Shown: piece by piece, positions 58,938-64,000 of the stretch
Layout of the letters: every line of letters begins with the position of its first letter
How positions within the stretch are numbered: position 1 is the stretch's first letter
Assembly (NCBI GenBank): GCA_035259785.1
Contig: DATFVZ010000235.1
Span: forward strand, 2,461-66,460
Direction: 5' to 3'
Source of the DNA: Gemmatimonadales bacterium
GTDB lineage: Bacteria; Gemmatimonadota; Gemmatimonadetes; Gemmatimonadales; GWC2-71-9
DNA length: 64,000 bases
Position numbers and translations under genes: made by a program
The notes under the pieces: model-generated
The model's input: only the letters and a program-made list of their open reading frames with translations
What the model was told of the DNA's origin: nothing
Database searches by the model: none

Positions 58938-59849
58938 ATGTTTCGTCACGAGGAAACACTCGTGCTCCCCGCCGAAGCCCACTGCACTTATCGCGCACCC
59001 ATCAACGTCGAGACGCGTCGGCGTTTGATGCTTGCGTTGACCATCACCGCGGTGGTGATGCTCGTCGAGTTCATTGGCGGCTGGTTGGCCGGCTCGCTGG
59101 CTCTGCTGGCCGACGCCGCGCATATGCTCGCCGACGTGGCAGCACTCGCGCTCGCGCTCGTCGCCGCGTGGATCGCGCAGCGGCCCGCGACGCCAGAGCG
59201 CTCATTCGGCTATCTGCGGCTCGAGATTCTCGCGGCCCTGGTAAACGGCGCCGTCCTGTTTGCCATCGCAATCGGCATCGGCGTCGAGGCGTGGCGACGG
59301 ATCCGCACTCCGGGGACCGTAAACGGCGGTCTGTTGCTGGGCGTCGCCGCGGTTGGATTCTTCGCGAATCTCGCCGCCGCTCTGGTGCTGCATCGCGGCC
59401 ATGAGCACTCTCTCAATCAGAAGGGCGCGTACCTGCACGTGCTCGGCGACTTGCTCGGCTCAGTGGGGGCTCTCGTCGCCGGTGGCATCATTCTCGCGAC
59501 CGGGTGGTCGCTCGCCGACCCCCTCATCTCCGTCCTGATCGGTCTGCTGGTGCTGACCAGCGCGTGGCGGTTGGTGAAGGAAAGCGTCGACGTGCTGCTC
59601 GAGGCCACCCCGCGACACATCGCCATGCAGGACGTCCACGACCGCATCGCGTCGGTCCCTGGCGTCCAGTCCGTGCACGACCTGCACCTGTGGACGGTGA
59701 CGAGTGGGGTGGTCGCGATGAGCGGACACCTTGTGGTCAAAAACCCGGTCGACAACCAGCCAGTGCTGGAAGCGGTGCAGAATCGGATGAAGGCGCTGGG
59801 AATCCATCACGTGACTGTGCAGGTCGAGCGGGAGCCGATCTGTGAGTGA
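58938..59849 (+). CDS. Cation diffusion facilitator family transporter (CzcD/ZitB-like)
   Basis: TM2 and TM5 motifs (SLALLADAAHMLADV and HVLGDLLGSVG). C-terminal cytoplasmic domain with HDLHLW. I trimmed the start to ATG at 58938. Confidence 0.9.
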   Translation: MFRHEETLVLPAEAHCTYRAPINVETRRRLMLALTITAVVMLVEFIGGWLAGSLALLADAAHMLADVAALALALVAAWIAQRPATPERSFGYLRLEILAALVNGAVLFAIAIGIGVEAWRRIRTPGTVNGGLLLGVAAVGFFANLAAALVLHRGHEHSLNQKGAYLHVLGDLLGSVGALVAGGIILATGWSLADPLISVLIGLLVLTSAWRLVKESVDVLLEATPRHIAMQDVHDRIASVPGVQSVHDLHLWTVTSGVVAMSGHLVVKNPVDNQPVLEAVQNRMKALGIHHVTVQVEREPICE

Positions 59850-59924
59850 AGACGCCCTTGTCCGCCTTCGCCCGTCCTTTTATACTGCGCCCCTCAATTA
59901 AGGGACCTCACAGGACGTAATCCG

Positions 59925-61775
59925 GTGCAGATTCGCAACATCGCGATCATTGCCCACGTCGACCACGGGAAGACGACGCTGGTGGATCAGATGCTCCGCC
60001 AGGCGGGGGTCTTCCGTGCCAACCAGCAGGTTGCCGAGCGGGTCATGGACTCGAACCCGCTGGAGCGTGAGCGCGGGATTACGATCCTAGCGAAGAATAC
60101 TTCGGTACGCTGGGGCGATACGAAAATCAATATCGTAGACACGCCGGGGCACGCCGATTTCGGTGGCGAGGTCGAGCGGATCCTCCGGATGGTGGACGGG
60201 TTCCTGCTGCTGGTGGATGCCGCGGAGGGGCCGATGCCGCAGACGCGGTTTGTGGCCGGGAAAGCGCTGGCACTCGGCCTGAAGCCGATCGTGTTGGTCA
60301 ACAAGATCGACCGGTCGGACGCCGAGCCGATGCGGGTGCACGATGAAGTCCTCGAGCTCCTGATGGATCTCGACGCGTCGCACGAACAGTTCAGCTGCCC
60401 TTTCCTCTATACCTCGAGCAGGGCGGGCACGGCGACGCTGGAGTTGGAAAACGAGGGAACGGATCTGAAGCCGTTGTTCGAGACGATCCTCGGCACAATT
60501 CCGCCGCCCACGGCGAATCCCGACGGGCCGTTCCAGATGTTGATCTCGACGCTCGATTATTCGTCGTATCTGGGCCGGATCGGCATTGGGCGGATCGAAC
60601 GCGGCCAGGTCCACGTTGGTGATACGGTCGCGCTCCTGCCGATCGGCGAGCCCGGGCCTGTGGGTGATGGGATGTTCGAGCAGGCGAAGATCGTGAAACT
60701 GTTTGCGTTCGAGGGACTCGAGCGGGTCGAGCTGGAGACCGCGGGGGCCGGTGAGATCGTAGCCGTCGCCGGGCTCGCTGGTGTCGAAATCGGCAAGACG
60801 GTGACGGCACCCGACCATCTCGACCGGCTGGCGGGCATCGCGGTCGAGGAGCCGACGATCTCGGTCGACTTTCTCGTCAACAACTCGCCGCTGGCGGGAC
60901 GTGAGGGGAAGTTCGTGACCGGGCGGCAGTTGCGCGAGCGGTTGTACCGTGAGTTGGAGCGCAACGTCGCATTGCGGGTCGAGGACACGGACACGCCGTA
61001 CGCCTTCACGGTCTCGGGTCGAGGCGAGCTGCACCTCGGTATCCTGATGGAGACGATGCGGCGCGAGGGATACGAGTTTCAGGTCAGCCGTCCGCGCATC
61101 ATTCCGCGCGAAGGACCGAACGGCGAACGGCTCGAGCCGTACGAGGAGCTGATGATCGACTGCCCGGAAGGGTACGTCGGCGTGGTGATGGAGAAACTGG
61201 GTCCGCGACGGGCGACCATGCTGGATATGAAGAATCCCGGCCTGGGGATGGTGCGTATGCGCTTCAAGATCCCGGCTCGTGGCCTGCTAGGGTACCGGTC
61301 GGAGTTCTTGACGGATACGCGGGGAACGGGGATCATCCACCACCGCTTTTTCGAGTACGACTTATGGGCCGGCCCGCTCTCAGGCCGGAATCGGGGCGTG
61401 ATGGTGGCGGACCGGGAGGGGGTGGTGGTCGCGTACGCCCTCTTCAATCTTCAGGAGCGGGGAACGATGTTCGTCCAGCCTGGAGATCCGGTCTACGAGG
61501 GTATGATCATCGCCGAGCACGTTCGGCCGGGTGATCTGGACGTGAACGCGACGAAGGAGAAGAAGCTCACGAACATGCGCACAACGGCGGCGGACGAGAT
61601 GATTATCTTGGAGCCGCCACGCCAGATGACCTTGGAGCTGGCGCTGGAGTACATCGAGGACGACGAGCTGATCGAAGTGACGCCGTCGTCGCTCAGGCTG
61701 CGGAAGCGGCTGCTTGGCGCGACGGAGCGCCGGAAGCTGGCCCGCAGCGAGAAGCGGGCGTTGTCGGAGGAGTAG
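59925..61775 (+). CDS. typA: Translational GTPase TypA/BipA
   Basis: IRNIAIIAHVDHGKTTLVD, DTPGHADFGGEVER, NKIDR and a BipA-specific C-terminal domain. GTG start. Confidence 0.97.
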   Translation: MQIRNIAIIAHVDHGKTTLVDQMLRQAGVFRANQQVAERVMDSNPLERERGITILAKNTSVRWGDTKINIVDTPGHADFGGEVERILRMVDGFLLLVDAAEGPMPQTRFVAGKALALGLKPIVLVNKIDRSDAEPMRVHDEVLELLMDLDASHEQFSCPFLYTSSRAGTATLELENEGTDLKPLFETILGTIPPPTANPDGPFQMLISTLDYSSYLGRIGIGRIERGQVHVGDTVALLPIGEPGPVGDGMFEQAKIVKLFAFEGLERVELETAGAGEIVAVAGLAGVEIGKTVTAPDHLDRLAGIAVEEPTISVDFLVNNSPLAGREGKFVTGRQLRERLYRELERNVALRVEDTDTPYAFTVSGRGELHLGILMETMRREGYEFQVSRPRIIPREGPNGERLEPYEELMIDCPEGYVGVVMEKLGPRRATMLDMKNPGLGMVRMRFKIPARGLLGYRSEFLTDTRGTGIIHHRFFEYDLWAGPLSGRNRGVMVADREGVVVAYALFNLQERGTMFVQPGDPVYEGMIIAEHVRPGDLDVNATKEKKLTNMRTTAADEMIILEPPRQMTLELALEYIEDDELIEVTPSSLRLRKRLLGATERRKLARSEKRALSEE

Positions 61776-61828
61776 GGTTCGGGTCCCGGAGTTCGGTCGT
61801 TCGGCACAAACCTCAGCCGGAGGTCGCG

Positions 61829-62074
61829 ATGCTGGCCCGCGAGACGTCGATGGACTGGTCGCTCAAGCGCAGGAGCGACGACGTCGACGAGGAGTTCGGA
61901 GAATTCGAAGAGGACAAGGAACTCGACGAAGACTTCGATGATGAGCTGGACGAGGACGAGCTCGACGACGATGATCTCGAGGATGACGACTACGACGATC
62001 TCGACGACGAGTTCGACGACACGGATGACGATGAGTTCCGGCCAAAGAAGGGACCTAAGCGAGAATGGGAGTAG
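61829..62074 (+). CDS. Extremely acidic small protein (81 aa, more than half Asp+Glu)
   Basis: ATG is preceded by GGAGG at 5-nt spacing. Sequence ..DDVDEEFGEFEEDKELDEDFDDELDEDELDDDDLEDDDYDDLDDEFDDTDDDEF followed by a basic tail RPKKGPKREWE. No family recognised. Confidence 0.55.
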   Translation: MLARETSMDWSLKRRSDDVDEEFGEFEEDKELDEDFDDELDEDELDDDDLEDDDYDDLDDEFDDTDDDEFRPKKGPKREWE

Positions 62075-62141
62075 GGCCTAGGGGCTGGGGCCTGGGGCCT
62101 AGGGGTGTTCCACAGGCCCCAGGCCCGACGCCCCAGGCCCC
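62073..62141. repeat. GC-rich hairpin built from tandem GGGGCCT-type heptamers (left) and AGGCCCC-type heptamers (right)
   Basis: Read directly: AGGGCCTAGGGGCTGGGGCCTGGGGCCTAGGGG-tgttccaca-GGCCCCAGGCCCGACGCCCCAGGCCCC. It lies between the acidic ORF stop and tRNA-Ile. No U-run follows. Confidence 0.8.
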
Positions 62142-62146
62142 AAGAA

Positions 62147-62220
<74 letters not shown>

Positions 62221-62235
62221 CTGGATACTACGACT

Positions 62236-62310
62236 ACGTCGAAGAAGGCGTCGAAGGAAAGGCGTCAAGATAGACGGCGTCAAATTAAAGGCGTCGAAAG
62301 AGGCGTCGAA
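62236..62310. repeat. Array of 5-6 direct repeats of GGCGTC(G)AA at 12-15-nt spacing, 3' of tRNA-Ile
   Basis: Copies start at 62247, 62261, 62276, 62290 and 62302, plus a degenerate ACGTCGAA at 62236. The local sequence is AT-richer than its surroundings. Confidence 0.7.
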
Positions 62311-62354
62311 CAGAATGCGTGTTCGGCGCTCTTGTTTTTGACAGCCGATAACGC

Positions 62355-63275
62355 CTAGGGCCGTCCCCCGAAAGCGTACTGATACGCCACCTGGAACGTG
62401 TCGAAGTCGGCGCCGAGGCTCGTCGTCAGCCCATTGATGTAGACGAGCTTCAGCCCGTGCCCCGGCGCAAGCGGCAGACGCAGCATGGCGGATGTCCGCG
62501 CGTTGCTGAGCGGCTCCTTGGCGACGCCGTTGACGGTTGAGCGCCCGCCCCACGCGTATCCCGCCGACACCGCCGCCCACAGCGCAGCCCCGCGGATCGC
62601 GTAAATGACGTGGGCCTGAGCCTCGAAAAACGGATCCTGCGCGATGGTCCCGCCGCCGTAGAAGTCGCTGTTGGTCGTGTAGAACGTCGCGCCCGCGTAA
62701 GTCTCGAGCACCCACCGCGAGCCCGCGGTGTGCGACATGCCCAGGCGCGGCTGGAACGCCCAGCGATGCGTGCCGAGGTTGATCAGCCGCTCGGGATAGT
62801 ACTGACCGACCGGGACCGACACCGCGAGCTGCATGCCGACGACGGTGGTCTGGCGGTACCCGCGCATCCCGGACCGAGTGAGCGCGGGGGCGCCGACGAA
62901 GTTGACCGCGAGCTGCAGGCGTGGGTCCGCGAAGCCGGTGCGCGAGGTTGCCGTGTCATTCCCGCCGACGGTGCCGGCCCAGGTCCCGGTGACAAATGGC
63001 AGCACCACCCCGGCCTTGCCGCTCAGCCCGAACACATTGATCGCGCGCACCGCTCCCGCCGCCACGGACCAGACGTCGGCCTGAGCGTTTTCGATCGGCA
63101 GGGCCGGATCGAACAACAGGTTCCCGTGCGAGTAACCGGTGGCCAGCACGAGGAAGGTGGATCCCACGGGAGCGTTCTGAAGCGCGCGTGGCTCGAGCTC
63201 CTGCGCGCGCAGGGTGGCGGCTGCGGCCGCGGCCAGCATGAACCTGGCGATTCTCGATGCGATCGTCCGACTCAC
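62355..63275 (-). CDS. Outer-membrane beta-barrel transporter of the 'MetA-pathway of phenol degradation'-like family
   Basis: Signal peptide (ARFMLAAAAAATLRAQE). Family-like N-terminal block (LEPRALQNAPVGSTFLVLATGYSHG). The pattern FADPRLQLAVNF and alternating beta strands follow. Start uncertain: GTG at 63275 or ATG at 63239. Confidence 0.65.
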   Translation of the reverse strand: MSRTIASRIARFMLAAAAAATLRAQELEPRALQNAPVGSTFLVLATGYSHGNLLFDPALPIENAQADVWSVAAGAVRAINVFGLSGKAGVVLPFVTGTWAGTVGGNDTATSRTGFADPRLQLAVNFVGAPALTRSGMRGYRQTTVVGMQLAVSVPVGQYYPERLINLGTHRWAFQPRLGMSHTAGSRWVLETYAGATFYTTNSDFYGGGTIAQDPFFEAQAHVIYAIRGAALWAAVSAGYAWGGRSTVNGVAKEPLSNARTSAMLRLPLAPGHGLKLVYINGLTTSLGADFDTFQVAYQYAFGGRP

Positions 63276-63353
63276 GGTGGGGCAATATATGCTTCGCCGG
63301 CGTTGCACGTCGAAGCAGGCGGGGAGCAACAGCGCTCCCCGCCCTCCGATCGT

Positions 63354-63998
63354 TCAGCCCTCCTTGGGATAGAACCGCACCTGCAACAGCTTCAACCCGT
63401 TGTTGTCATACTGCCAGAAGTACCCAATGAGGCACGTGGCGAACAAATCCACCGTCGTACCGCCACACGCCGCCACCGCGGAGGAATCCGCCACCGGATC
63501 GAGCACGATCGTCGTGAGGGCCGCCGTCACGTTGCGAAAGCTGCTCTTACCCGTCCCGCGGACGAACACTTCGTTCTGCGTCGAGCAGACCGTCGACCCG
63601 TCGGCCAACGTTGAGTCGGTCGCGCAGGTGGTGATTTTGGCCCGGCCGCCCGGTTTGCCGAGGGCGCGCGCCCAGACGGTATAACCGCCCGGTGCCGGCA
63701 ATGAGAACGATGCTTCACCATCGGTGCCGTTCTTGTCGAGCACGTCGAACGATCCGTCCGCACTTTGACTGAGGAGGATCTTCGTCGTAACGGCTGTATC
63801 TCCGTTGCGCCTGCCTCCCAGCGCCACAAAGATCACGTTGCCGCTCGACCAGTCCGGCTGCGCATTCTTGTCGTGTGCGACACCAATGATGTTGAGGCTG
63901 TAATGCGAGCCATTCGGCGCGCCGTTCCCGGTCTGCGCTGCGGCACCGCCCGCAATGGCCGTCGTCGCGGCTGCGAGGCCGACCACCTTGCCCAGCAT
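63354..63998 (-). CDS. Hypothetical secreted protein (214 aa), no family recognised
   Basis: Signal peptide MLGKVVGLAAATTAIAGGAAAQ. Four Cys. The start is 2 nt from the window edge, so the N-terminus could extend beyond the window. Confidence 0.5.
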   Translation of the reverse strand: MLGKVVGLAAATTAIAGGAAAQTGNGAPNGSHYSLNIIGVAHDKNAQPDWSSGNVIFVALGGRRNGDTAVTTKILLSQSADGSFDVLDKNGTDGEASFSLPAPGGYTVWARALGKPGGRAKITTCATDSTLADGSTVCSTQNEVFVRGTGKSSFRNVTAALTTIVLDPVADSSAVAACGGTTVDLFATCLIGYFWQYDNNGLKLLQVRFYPKEG

Positions 63999-64000
63999 GC

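Overview
This is a 64-kb window of high-GC chromosome, about two-thirds G+C by eye, from a diderm bacterium. The diderm call rests on the gene content: SurA-type chaperones, beta-barrel outer-membrane proteins, an LPS heptosyltransferase and FtsEX-EnvC. No phylum can be proven from sequence alone. The content is mostly core housekeeping: ilvE-like aminotransferase, moaC, holB, uvrA, pckA, maeB, nfo, pcm, ftsEX, lepA, rho, mfd, surA-pdxA, typA/bipA, and tRNA-Asn and tRNA-Ile. I found no transposase, integrase, CRISPR array, rRNA or recognisable phage or defence genes. Many ORF-track entries are 5'-over-extended chimeras or antisense artefacts of high GC. I re-trimmed starts wherever a Shine-Dalgarno (SD) motif, a signal peptide or a stop/start overlap (ATGA, GTGA, TTGA) supports a shorter gene. 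The observations most worth a second look are these. (1) A recurring architecture of inverted arrays of tandem 7-8-nt units at five loci; two copies lie inside signal-peptide coding sequence at translationally coupled gene junctions, and one fills the whole lepA-rho divergent spacer. (2) An orphan GHKL-ATPase plus STAS-like pair wedged between sugar kinases and metC. (3) A metal-uptake cluster (small Cys/His protein, porin, ZnuA-like, ZnuB-like, beta-barrel, variant metzincin) with no ABC ATPase. (4) A Rho that cannot encode the N-terminal helix bundle. (5) About 27 kb of 26 co-directional, nearly gapless genes. (6) Several small uncharacterised ORFs. I cannot show that any of these is a new system; all functional readings are inference and need database and structure searches.
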